This document shows, in pieces, positions 1 through 8,862 of a stretch of DNA of 20,802 bases (positions are counted from its first letter, which is position 1; every line of letters begins with the position of its first letter). The position numbers and the translations under genes are program-made. The stretch spans positions 1-20,802 of the forward strand of contig JALTLO010000055.1 of the NCBI GenBank assembly GCA_027001995.1, given 5' to 3'. The stretch is from Planctomycetota bacterium. Its GTDB lineage: Bacteria; Planctomycetota; GCA-002687715; DRQF01. Below the pieces are notes generated by a model. It saw only the letters and a list, made by a program, of their open reading frames with translations. It was not told where the DNA came from and did no database searches.

Positions 1-456
1 CTTTTTTTCTTCTAACTGGGGGATGAACTGTTGCTGGATGTGGGCGCGAAGAGATTCTTGGCCCGCGCCGATGATGAACGATCTTCCATCCACAAGGACC
101 GCTTTCGTGAAGGCAGCCATGTTTAAACCAAACAGATAAGAACCCGGTGTTTGGTTCTTCTTTAGCTTGATCTCATTGCCGTTGATCTTGATGGTTGCTT
201 TGTTGCTGATGAGGTCTCTGGTCACGGTGACGGACTTCGAGCCAGAGAATGAAACTGATCCTTCTCCGATTTGTCGATTGTTTCCTGTCCCATAGAGCAC
301 GGTTTGGATGAACTCGAAGAAGGACATCTCTCCCAGATCTCCGCCGTTCTTGAGCAAGGTGCAGCGTTGAGAGGCCCGGCACAAAACGACAGAGTCGGCC
401 CCTTTGTTGAGCCGAATCTCGGTCAGTTTCTTTAGGACGACATTCGCTTGACTCAT
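1..456 (-). CDS. Partial gene running off the left edge; N-terminus resembles an SMC/SbcC/YhaN-type ATPase head with a degenerate Walker A
   Basis: Not in the ORF track; translated by hand. ATG at 456-454 with GAGGGA upstream and 152 open codons to base 1: MSQANVVLKKLTEIRLNKG...KNGGDLGEMSFFEFIQTVLYG...GSVSFSGSKSVTVTRDL...LFGLNMAAFTKAVLVDG. The FEFIQTVLYG, VTVTR and LFGLNMAAF segments follow the order seen in SbcC/YhaN heads. Confidence 0.6.
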   Translation of the reverse strand, partial: MSQANVVLKKLTEIRLNKGADSVVLCRASQRCTLLKNGGDLGEMSFFEFIQTVLYGTGNNRQIGEGSVSFSGSKSVTVTRDLISNKATIKINGNEIKLKKNQTPGSYLFGLNMAAFTKAVLVDGRSFIIGAGQESLRAHIQQQFIPQLEEKK

Positions 457-687
457 CTTCACGATCCCTCATTCTTAGACATTCCCATGTCCACAGCGGG
501 CAGTCCAAGAGACTCGCCGCGAACTCATTATCGAACCAGATCTGGGTTTACTTGAATAAAAATTCCCTCCGCCAGGCTGATTGACGAAATTGGGGCAGCG
601 AGATCGTGAATTGTTCGGGTGTAGACCCAAAAATGGGTATAGAATTGGCTTTCTTGCTTGCTGGGGAAATCGGAAGAATTGATCTTC

Positions 688-1812
688 ATGAACGATGCTG
701 AACTCTTGGCTGAGATCGAACGTTTGGCCCGAAATGAGGGTTTTGAAGTGGCTGGGGCGATTCCCCTTAGCCTCATGGACGATCAACGGTTAGATCGTTG
801 GCTGGAACAGGGGTTTGCTGGCGAAATGGCCTATATGGCCAAATACCGCGATCAACGTTGCGAACCAGAGAAGCATTTTCCCCCTTTCCAGTCGGTGGTC
901 AGTTTTATTTTGCCTTATGACACCACGGAGCCATCATCAGCCTCTGAAATTGGCAATATCGCCCGCTATGCCCTGGGGGATGACTATCACGAGGTTATCA
1001 AGAAACGTCTGTTTCGTGTCTTGGACTCCCTGAAGTTGGCGGATCCTACCATTGAGGCCCGGGCTTGCGTCGATACCGCTCCGATCTTAGAGAAAGTCGC
1101 TGCCGAACGTAGTGGGGTGGGTTGGCAGGGCAAGCACAGCAATATTATTCGAGAGGGCCGAGGCTCCTGGTTTTTCTTGGCGGAGATCTTAATCAACCGC
1201 AACTTAGAAACGAAGGAGTCCAGCACAAATCGATGTGGAATTTGTGATGACTGCATTCAAGCATGCCCCACGGGCGCCATCACTTCGCCCTATGTAGTCG
1301 ATAGTCGTTTGTGTATTTCCTATCTGACCATCGAACTCCGGGGGCTGATCCCTCGCGAACTGAGATCGATGATTGGCAATCGCATTTTCGGCTGCGACGA
1401 TTGTCAGGAAGTTTGCCCCTGGAACCGTCTTGCTGCCCTCCCGGCCCTGGAGGAATTCGTCCCTCGGGATGGGTTACGCTCAACGACTCTCAGCCAGTGG
1501 ATGGATCAAGATATAGAATCGTGGCGTTTGACCTTTCGCCGATCTGCTGTGAAGCGAACGAAATTTCATGGCTTTAAGCGTAATGTTGCTGTGGCCATGG
1601 GTAATCACAAGAGCCCTTCGAACTTGCCTTCTATACGCCGGGCCTTAGGGGTGGAGCCTGCTTTGGTCCGTGCTCATCTCATTTGGGCTTTGCGTAAGAT
1701 GGGCTGCCAAGAGTCCTTGGAGCTTCTGTCCCAATGGAGGAAGAAGGAGTGTGATGCCATGGTATTGGCAGAATTTCACGGAGACTTAGATTCGCCTTTG
1801 GAGTCAAGGTGA
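688..1812 (+). CDS. queG: tRNA epoxyqueuosine(34) reductase QueG
   Basis: GEMAYM, IARYALGDDYH, VDTAPILEK, GSWFFL, 4Fe-4S motifs CGICDDCIQACPT and FGCDDCQEVCPWN, CISYLTIE, and a C-terminal HEAT-like segment. ATG 688 preferred over the track start at 658. Confidence 0.95.
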   Translation: MNDAELLAEIERLARNEGFEVAGAIPLSLMDDQRLDRWLEQGFAGEMAYMAKYRDQRCEPEKHFPPFQSVVSFILPYDTTEPSSASEIGNIARYALGDDYHEVIKKRLFRVLDSLKLADPTIEARACVDTAPILEKVAAERSGVGWQGKHSNIIREGRGSWFFLAEILINRNLETKESSTNRCGICDDCIQACPTGAITSPYVVDSRLCISYLTIELRGLIPRELRSMIGNRIFGCDDCQEVCPWNRLAALPALEEFVPRDGLRSTTLSQWMDQDIESWRLTFRRSAVKRTKFHGFKRNVAVAMGNHKSPSNLPSIRRALGVEPALVRAHLIWALRKMGCQESLELLSQWRKKECDAMVLAEFHGDLDSPLESR

Positions 1813-2402
1813 CGCCTGGCTTTTTCTAAATCTTCCGGAACATCTAAATCCCCTCGAACCCAGGGATTGCTGACATGGGCATAACCCACGTTTTTTTCCG
1901 TCCGTGTCAAGTTTCGCAGGGGGTCATCAGGTCCTAAGGCGCATACTCTTTCGGCGAAGGCCTTATCGAAGACAATGGGGTGTCCTCGTCTCTGAGCGAA
2001 GCTGGTGACATAGATAAGGCGACCCGGATCATGAGCCATGGACGCCGCCAAGGCTTCGTAGTCTGCGGCCTCAATGAGAGGTAAGTCCACCGGATGAAGG
2101 AGATAGTAATCGGCGTTGTGGCAGGCTTGGATACCCTTGATGAGGGAGCCGGTTTGACCATTTTGCCAGCTTTCGTTGATGGTCGATTGCAAGCCAAGGG
2201 CAGCAGCTGCCGCCCCGACCTGGTCGGCCTCAAAACCACAGACAACCTGGGTTTCAGTGAAGTCTGGGGTGAACTCTAACTTGGCGATTCTCTCCAGGGC
2301 TGTTTGCCCACAAAGAGGCAAAAGCGCCTTGATCTTGCCCATACGGCTACCGGCTCCAGCCGCTAAGATGATGCGTGCAACTTTTGGTCTTTCGGGCGTC
2401 AT
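1776..2402 (-). CDS. MocA/YgfJ-like (MobA superfamily) nucleotidyltransferase
   Basis: IILAAGAGSRMGKIKALL, NESWQNGQTGSL, PVDLP, RRGHPIVF, DLDVPED. Start is ATG 2402 or TTG 2408, which overlaps the upstream stop codon. Confidence 0.85.
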   Translation of the reverse strand: MTPERPKVARIILAAGAGSRMGKIKALLPLCGQTALERIAKLEFTPDFTETQVVCGFEADQVGAAAAALGLQSTINESWQNGQTGSLIKGIQACHNADYYLLHPVDLPLIEAADYEALAASMAHDPGRLIYVTSFAQRRGHPIVFDKAFAERVCALGPDDPLRNLTRTEKNVGYAHVSNPWVRGDLDVPEDLEKARRHLDSKGESKSP

Positions 2403-2404
2403 TG

Positions 2405-3499
2405 TCAATCTTTGCTGGCCAGCTTACGAAACAGATCTTTGGGCCGCCCCTTTTCCAAACTTCGGCAATAGGCATCGAGGAATCGCAGTTTTTCGCGCAA
2501 ACTGAGGGCACCATATTGAGGTAAGTCCCGGACCATTCGGCGCAGGTTCTTCACCCGCACTTCTTCACTGACGGTCACCAAGTGTTTGATGCCATCCAAG
2601 TCAACTAACCACAACTCGCCTTTTTCTGATGCCAGAATGTTGCTGGCTTTGAGGTCACGATTGGAGAAACCTTCCCCGTGCAGAAGCCCGACTAAGCGGC
2701 CCGCTCCAGCAATAAGGCTCAGACGTTCTTCCTTGTCCGCTGACCCCAGGGACTTCAAGTGATCAGCTCCCATTTGCACGTCCGTAAGATAATCCATCAG
2801 AAGATAGGACCGATGGATGCATCCCAAGACCCTACGATCGGCGTAAGCCAAGACTCGGGGAGTGCGAATTCCGATCATCTCAAGGTAGTAACCTCTTTGG
2901 TAAGCGGAACGAGCTCGGGAAGCGGCGAATTGATGTTTGACGAGATTGCGGTATTTCTTGAGATTAAATCTCTTGAGAAGGGCGGGACCGTCGGTTTTGG
3001 CTACGGTGGTGGCCCGAGAATCTTTGATGAGCGAGTCTCCGGGCTGCAAGAATTTGTCCGGGTTTTCTAAGACCAGTTTGTGGGCGTCGGACATAACGTC
3101 GTGACGGGCATGCCACACAAGGCCCCCAGCTTGTATCGTTTTGAAGTCTCGGTTGGTGTGAAAACAACGTTCGATTTCGCCGTTTATGTGATCTCGCATG
3201 GCGGGTTCGATTTGGGTTTCCAAAGACCTTCTTGCTAGATATGTTTCTGCGGCTTGTCGTCGCCTACGGGGGCTGGCTCCGTGCATGAGGGACCACAATT
3301 GGGAGAGGGCTAAGTGGGGGATGTCGACATGGGAACGCTTGACTAAGTCGACCTCTTGAACCGAAGGCAACCCAGATTCATCCCAGGAAAGCGCACTGGG
3401 GGAGGGGTCATTGATGAAGTAGCCACGATCATGGATCGATGCCACCATTTCAATGAGACGTTTGTTGCGGTCTATGTCTTCGGCGCTAAATTCGCTCAT
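2405..3499 (-). CDS. Kdo/WaaP/InaA-family lipopolysaccharide-type kinase with an N-terminal degenerate kinase-like segment
   Basis: LIKDSRATTV, LLKRFN, SRARSAY, GIRTPRVLA, LLMDY, LHGEGFSNRDLKASNIL, LVDLDGI, RLRFLxAY-like EKLRFLDAY. AAGGA RBS upstream of the ATG. Confidence 0.85.
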   Translation of the reverse strand: MSEFSAEDIDRNKRLIEMVASIHDRGYFINDPSPSALSWDESGLPSVQEVDLVKRSHVDIPHLALSQLWSLMHGASPRRRRQAAETYLARRSLETQIEPAMRDHINGEIERCFHTNRDFKTIQAGGLVWHARHDVMSDAHKLVLENPDKFLQPGDSLIKDSRATTVAKTDGPALLKRFNLKKYRNLVKHQFAASRARSAYQRGYYLEMIGIRTPRVLAYADRRVLGCIHRSYLLMDYLTDVQMGADHLKSLGSADKEERLSLIAGAGRLVGLLHGEGFSNRDLKASNILASEKGELWLVDLDGIKHLVTVSEEVRVKNLRRMVRDLPQYGALSLREKLRFLDAYCRSLEKGRPKDLFRKLASKD

Positions 3500-3593
3500 C
3501 GGCGTCCTTGAGCAGTTCTTTCTTGGCTTCCTTCATCCACAGGAGGAAGGGAGCATGATATGGTGCGGAAGTACTGAGTGAAACTGTGAATTC

Positions 3594-5078
3594 TTGGAGA
3601 ATAGAAAGGTTCGGGTGTTGGAAGAGCCGAAGCAGTTGAAAACCGTTGGTTCTGGCCGTTTGTGGGGGACTTCAGCGGGTGAAGAACTCTTAGATTTCTT
3701 GGGTTTGAGTACGCTTTTGGCGGTTGAGGAATTCTCTGGGGGGGAGGTTGTGAACGCTGGTGGCCACCGTTTGGTCCGAAAACTCCAAGGCCCCCAAGGG
3801 GAAATCGCTTATTTGAAGCAGAGTTTTCGGGCATCTGGTGGGGGCTTATTTCAGAGCGTGCTGAAACGCGGCAAACGCTATTCGGCCAGCCGCTTGGAAG
3901 CTGCCAATCTCCTGCGCCTGGGAAAGGCGGGATTCACCTGCGCTGAGGTCTTGGCTTTTGGAGAAGACATCAAAGGGTTGTCGGAGGGTTTTTCATTCCT
4001 TCTGACCCTTGAAGTGGCGGGGGACGACCTGGAAACTTATTTGTCTGGTCACATGAAAAGCTACTGCCGCACTGAGGACCACGACTTGGCCGTCATCTCT
4101 GCTCTTGTTGATTTGTCGACTCGCTTGATCAATCTGGGATTCTATTTCGAAGACCTTGTCCCTAAACATATTTATCTGTCCCAGGATAAAGAAGGGGGAG
4201 TCGTTCTCAGCTTAATTGACGTGGCCCGTTTGGATGTGTCTAAGGCGAAATCTGTTGCGCGAGGGGCCAAGATGCTGGCGAAGCTGAACGTCAATTTGCC
4301 CTTAGCCCAAGTGGGGCATTCCAGCCGCATCCGTTTCCTGCGCGCCATCGAACTTAAGACTCACTTGTCTCTCTTCACCTCTACTCACGAAGAAACAGAA
4401 CGACTCTTAGCAAAGCGTCGCTATCGTTTTGTCCTGTCGCCCTATACTCGTCCGCCCAATCCAAAGTTGTTGCGTTCAAGCAATGGGAGGCAAGCTTGGG
4501 TTGCGGACTTTGTAGACCCCCTGAAGCTGGCGCAAATTGACGCAGGTCCCGTTGATACTTTCGAATTCGCCAAGTCTGAACCCGAGGCCCAGATGTTGGT
4601 GGTGGAAGGCAGCCATGAGGATATCAAGCTGATGGTCAATCTTCACAGTGCGCTTTCGGGCTGGGTGAAAAAGTCTGACTTGGTTGGCTGGGAGATCGGC
4701 TCTGGGGATGCTCAGCAGTCATGGGCTGGATATTGCCCCGCAGACGCTCCTTGGTTGAAGGATTCTCTCGCCACATTAGCGGATTCCAAAGGGGCTATTC
4801 TTGCCCATAACCTGAGCCAAGTCCTATCAGCCTTTTTGCAAGTGGGGGTGTTGCCTGGGCATGACCTCTTGGGGGTTCTCAAATGGCAGAACGATGTCAT
4901 TATTGCTGAGTTCAAACCACCGTTCAGAACCAAAGATCTAAACGTCGATAGTTTGGGGATTCAGTTGGCTGAGGAATTGACCGGGATTTTGGGCCCTAGA
5001 AAAGCTGAATCACTGGTTCGGCTGGTCCAGATAGGCCGTAGAGGGCCTTTGGGGAGTCGGATGACTCTGGTTCGGTGA
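3594..5078 (+). CDS. WaaP-like (Kdo/InaA family) kinase with a ~200-aa C-terminal extension
   Basis: AYLKQ, SRLEAANLLRL, VLAFGE, SFLLTLEV, YFEDLVPKHIY (His at the usual Asn position, as in WaaP), LIDVARL, RIRFLRA. The TTG start is uncertain. Confidence 0.75.
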   Translation: MENRKVRVLEEPKQLKTVGSGRLWGTSAGEELLDFLGLSTLLAVEEFSGGEVVNAGGHRLVRKLQGPQGEIAYLKQSFRASGGGLFQSVLKRGKRYSASRLEAANLLRLGKAGFTCAEVLAFGEDIKGLSEGFSFLLTLEVAGDDLETYLSGHMKSYCRTEDHDLAVISALVDLSTRLINLGFYFEDLVPKHIYLSQDKEGGVVLSLIDVARLDVSKAKSVARGAKMLAKLNVNLPLAQVGHSSRIRFLRAIELKTHLSLFTSTHEETERLLAKRRYRFVLSPYTRPPNPKLLRSSNGRQAWVADFVDPLKLAQIDAGPVDTFEFAKSEPEAQMLVVEGSHEDIKLMVNLHSALSGWVKKSDLVGWEIGSGDAQQSWAGYCPADAPWLKDSLATLADSKGAILAHNLSQVLSAFLQVGVLPGHDLLGVLKWQNDVIIAEFKPPFRTKDLNVDSLGIQLAEELTGILGPRKAESLVRLVQIGRRGPLGSRMTLVR

Positions 5079-5144
5079 AGCCTCTGGAGACCTGGGTGGT
5101 GTTCAGCTAACCTCCGGTGGAATTTGACGTTTGAAAGAGATTCG

Positions 5145-6716
5145 ATGACTGACAGCAAAGATCAAGTCCCTGAGGATGATGCCAAGGCGATTGGCCGGGG
5201 TGCCCTTTACCTCACAATGACAAAATTGTGGTTTATGGTGAGTGGTTATGTCGTTTATTTCGGGCTTCCTCGTTTGTTGGGAGCGGGGGAAGAAGGCAAG
5301 GCGCTTTTTGGCAAGTATCAAGTGGCCATCGGATTGGCGAGTATTGCCAATGCTCTGGCGGTCCAGGGAACAACCCAAGCGATTGCACGTTTCGTCGGCC
5401 GCGGCAAGGTCGGCGGCATCCGGGCCTCGGCAATTCGGCTGCAAGCAATGCTGGGAGGCGGAGCATTCCTGATCTTGTTCTTTGGCGCCCCTTATTTGGC
5501 TTCGGGTTTGTATAGCGATGCTAGTTTGACCCGACCTTTGCAATGCTCGGCATTCATCACTTTGTTCTATTCTTTCTATGGCATTTACATGGGTTACCTC
5601 AATGGCAGCCGTGCTTTTGCCAAGCAAGCTTTGGTGGACTTCTCTTTTTCGACATTAAAAGTGATTGGCGTCCTCTGTGGTGCTGCTTTGCTGAAGGATG
5701 TCATTGACCCAGTTTCTGGCCCAATCATTGGGTGGGCAGCAGCAGCTTTGGTGGTCCTCGTTATGGGGCGAATCCTTTGTGGCCCCGCGATTGCAGGCAA
5801 CGATGTCTCTGTCAGTGAGCTCTTCAGGTTTCAGACATTTACTATGCTGGTGGCCGGTGCCGCCACCGCTGTGGCCAAAACAGATTTACAGGTGGTGAAG
5901 ATTGGCTTAGAGAAATTCCACACCCTGAGTGAAACAGAAATCGATGCCATAGCGGGGGAGTATTCAGCGGCTCAGGTGTTTGCCACCATTCCCTACCAGA
6001 TGGTGTTTGCCATCACCTTCATTCTCTTTCCCTTGGTAACTGCCGCCTCAGATAACGATCTTGAGAAGTTGCGTGGCTATGTCAAACAAACAACACGCTA
6101 TGCAGCGATGATTGCTGGTTGTGTCGTTTCTCTTTTTGTTGCCTGCCCAGAACGTACGCTCATGGTCCTTTTTCGTCCCGAGTATGCCGATGGTGCAGGG
6201 GCCTTACGCTTCCTTGCTCTGGGTTATTTTGCCTATTCCGTCTTCTTCATCATGGTGTCGATCATCACAGCGAGCGGCAAGCCTGCTGTGAGTTTGGGTC
6301 TCGTGGCGACGACCTTCCTGCTGCAGCTTGTTATCGGTTTCCCTTTGGTGGCTACTGTCGGATCTGTGGGGGCAGCGATAGCCACGATGATCGCTATGGC
6401 TTGCGGGCTCGTGATTGCCAACATCTACGCCAAGAAGAACTTTGGTCAGGGGGCAGACTGCAGTGTGATGCTCAGAATCGTGGGTTGCGGAGCTCTTGTG
6501 GGGTTCGTCGCCCATATTCTTTTGGCCCGTTCTACTTTCTGGGGTGGGAGTGGGGTTTTGGCCAACATTGGTGGCACAGGACTTGTTTCTAAGCTACTCA
6601 CTGCCGGTGGATTCAGCGTCTTGGGCGTTTGTTTCATTGCTCTTTTGGTCATCACACACGTCTTTGACGACAATGACAAAGCCAGATTTATGAAAGTCGT
6701 GAAGCGCGGCAAATGA
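5145..6716 (+). CDS. MOP-superfamily (Wzx/MurJ/SpoVB-like) oligosaccharide flippase
   Basis: About 12-14 hydrophobic segments. RLLG...FGKY, GEYSAA, LFPLVT, ALRFLA, GSVGAAIAT are typical flippase patterns, and it sits upstream of glycosyltransferases. ATG 5145 preferred over TTG 5124. Confidence 0.85.
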   Translation: MTDSKDQVPEDDAKAIGRGALYLTMTKLWFMVSGYVVYFGLPRLLGAGEEGKALFGKYQVAIGLASIANALAVQGTTQAIARFVGRGKVGGIRASAIRLQAMLGGGAFLILFFGAPYLASGLYSDASLTRPLQCSAFITLFYSFYGIYMGYLNGSRAFAKQALVDFSFSTLKVIGVLCGAALLKDVIDPVSGPIIGWAAAALVVLVMGRILCGPAIAGNDVSVSELFRFQTFTMLVAGAATAVAKTDLQVVKIGLEKFHTLSETEIDAIAGEYSAAQVFATIPYQMVFAITFILFPLVTAASDNDLEKLRGYVKQTTRYAAMIAGCVVSLFVACPERTLMVLFRPEYADGAGALRFLALGYFAYSVFFIMVSIITASGKPAVSLGLVATTFLLQLVIGFPLVATVGSVGAAIATMIAMACGLVIANIYAKKNFGQGADCSVMLRIVGCGALVGFVAHILLARSTFWGGSGVLANIGGTGLVSKLLTAGGFSVLGVCFIALLVITHVFDDNDKARFMKVVKRGK

Positions 6717-7663
6717 TCGACGGCGTGAAAATCACGGTCACAGTTCCGGCATACAACGAAGAGCCTCTCATTGAGCGCACGATTCGCTCGATCCCAGAGA
6801 TCGTCGACCAGATCATCGTGGTGGACGATGCCTCCACCGACCAAACGGTGAAACGCGTTGAGGAGTTAGCTGATAGCCGGGTTAAGCTGATACGCCGCAA
6901 GAAGAACGGTGGGGTGGGAGCGGCTATTGTCAGTGGCTACAGAAGTTTCCTCGAAGAAGGAGGGGACATCTGCGTGGTTATGGCAGGGGATGCTCAGATG
7001 GACCCTTCTGACTTGATCCCATTGCTCCAACCCATCATGGAAGACCGAGCGGACTACGTCAAAGGCAATCGCTTGGTGACTTCTGACGTTCGCAGTGTCA
7101 TGCCCAGAGAACGATTCCTTGGCAACATTGTTTTTACCATGTTGACTAAGATTGCCAGTGGCTATTGGCATGTGGTTGATTCTCAATGTGGCTATGCGGC
7201 GATTTCTCGTCGTACCCTGGAGCTGATCGATTTGGGCAGTGTCTATGAACGTTATGGCGTCCCCAACGACTTGTTGATCAAACTGAATGTGGTGCAGGCC
7301 CGGGTTTGTGATGTCCCGGTGCGGGCTATTTATGACCAAGAAGTTTCGGGGATAAACCCTTGGACGGCGATCCCCAAGATCAGCCTACTTTTGCTCCGTG
7401 GTTTCTGGTGGCGGATGTGGCAGCGTTATGTGCTGCGCGATTTTCATCCTTTGGTTTTGCTCTATTTCTTCGGGTCGTTCTTTACCACCGTTGGCATCGC
7501 CGGGGCCGCTTGGGTAGCATCTCTAAGACTTTTCGTTGACCAAGCGGTCACTTTTCCCACCGTTGTGAGTATTGCCATCTTGCTCATCGTTGGCATTTTG
7601 TCCCTTCTCTTCGCCATGACATTCGACATGCTGCATAATAGTGATCTCAAGGTGCGGGCCTGA
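6713..7663 (+). CDS. GT2 glycosyltransferase, DPM/GtrB/ArnC-like (polyprenol-phosphate type), with two C-terminal TM helices
   Basis: VPAYNEE, VVDDASTD, NGGVGAA, MAGDAQ, VKGNR, DSQCGY. ATGA overlap with the flippase stop. Confidence 0.92.
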   Translation: MIDGVKITVTVPAYNEEPLIERTIRSIPEIVDQIIVVDDASTDQTVKRVEELADSRVKLIRRKKNGGVGAAIVSGYRSFLEEGGDICVVMAGDAQMDPSDLIPLLQPIMEDRADYVKGNRLVTSDVRSVMPRERFLGNIVFTMLTKIASGYWHVVDSQCGYAAISRRTLELIDLGSVYERYGVPNDLLIKLNVVQARVCDVPVRAIYDQEVSGINPWTAIPKISLLLLRGFWWRMWQRYVLRDFHPLVLLYFFGSFFTTVGIAGAAWVASLRLFVDQAVTFPTVVSIAILLIVGILSLLFAMTFDMLHNSDLKVRA

Positions 7664-8862
7664 TGAACATCATTGTCCCTGCTACGTCTTTTCCGCGTTG
7701 GGATGATGACGCCGCTGGACGATTTGTTTTTGATCTTTCGAAGGGACTCTCGGAATTGGGACACACCGTGACTCACATAGTCCCTCGGAGCGACCAGGGC
7801 AGTGACTCTGACTTAACTTGTCCATCGGGGCTAACCGTGAGGACCATTTCATTCGGGGTGGGAAACTGGGGCAAAGGGCTGGCCTATGGGGCTGGCATGG
7901 GGGCCAATGTGAAGCGAAAGCCCTGGTTGGGGCTTGCAGTCCCTTCGATGCTCAGGGCGTTTAAGCGGGCGCTCACTTTGGCAGTTACGGAAGTCGAAGA
8001 TCCTCTGGTTTTGAGTCATTGGGCTTTCCCCGCTGGCTTAGTGGCCTCCGATGTGGCTTGCAGACAGGGCTTCCCCCATGTTGGTGTGATTCACGGTGGT
8101 GGGTTGCAGGCTCTCACTCAATCGAGACTCACTCAATCATGGGGGCATCGCTGGGCTAAGGGCTTGGATGCCTGTGTCTTCGTCAGTGAAGATTTGAAGA
8201 AGAAGGCCGCGTGTTTCTTGGGCCCTCGAAAGACCAAGCCTTCTCTTGTTCAGCCCATGGGTATCGATTCCTCTCGTTTTGCCCCCAGAAGTCCTCAAGC
8301 CCCGCTGGTTTCATCCGCGAAAGGGCTGCGGCTGTTGGGGGTCGGGCGCTTCATCAAACTGAAGGGCTTTGATCTTCTCATTGAAGCAGCATCTCACCTG
8401 GAGTTTTCTCAGGTGGTTCTTTGTGGCCAGGGGCCAGAAGAACAGAGGCTTAGGAATCAAGGGGCTCGTTTGGGTGTTTCTTGCATTTTCTTGGGCCAGC
8501 TCACACCCGAGGCTCTGGGTGAACAGTATCGTCTGGCAGATCTCCTGGTGGTTCCCAGTCGTTTGGGGCCACAAGGCCGCTCTGAAGGCAGCCCCATGGT
8601 GGTCTTAGAAGCGCTTTCTCAGGGGCTTCCCTTTGTGGGCTCAGCCACAGGAGGGTTGCAATCTTTGGCAGAACAGTCTTCTGCCGGGGTCCTTTTTATG
8701 CTGAACGATTGTCACGATTTACTTCGTTCAATTCGTGCCCTTGCTGCAGATGCCCCCCAAAGAATGACGATGAAGAAAGAAGGACTGCAATTCGCTGGCG
8801 ATCATGAGTACAGTGTGGTTGCAAAGCGAGTCGAAGAGTTACTTGAGAACGTGAGAAGATGA
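7663..8862 (+). CDS. GT4 (GT-B fold) glycosyltransferase
   Basis: SHWAFPAG, IHGG, FVSE, PMGID, VGRFIKLKG, VVPS...EGSPMVVLEA (EX7E). TGATG overlap with the GT2 gene. Confidence 0.92.
   Translation: MNIIVPATSFPRWDDDAAGRFVFDLSKGLSELGHTVTHIVPRSDQGSDSDLTCPSGLTVRTISFGVGNWGKGLAYGAGMGANVKRKPWLGLAVPSMLRAFKRALTLAVTEVEDPLVLSHWAFPAGLVASDVACRQGFPHVGVIHGGGLQALTQSRLTQSWGHRWAKGLDACVFVSEDLKKKAACFLGPRKTKPSLVQPMGIDSSRFAPRSPQAPLVSSAKGLRLLGVGRFIKLKGFDLLIEAASHLEFSQVVLCGQGPEEQRLRNQGARLGVSCIFLGQLTPEALGEQYRLADLLVVPSRLGPQGRSEGSPMVVLEALSQGLPFVGSATGGLQSLAEQSSAGVLFMLNDCHDLLRSIRALAADAPQRMTMKKEGLQFAGDHEYSVVAKRVEELLENVRR

Noticed and set aside
3541..3596. AGGAGG and ATG 3555 in frame with the kinase but interrupted by TGA at 3579-3581 (readthrough/selenocysteine idea)
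   Set aside because: The extension lies outside the kinase domain, has no redox motif and no evident SECIS hairpin, and is more simply divergent promoter sequence.
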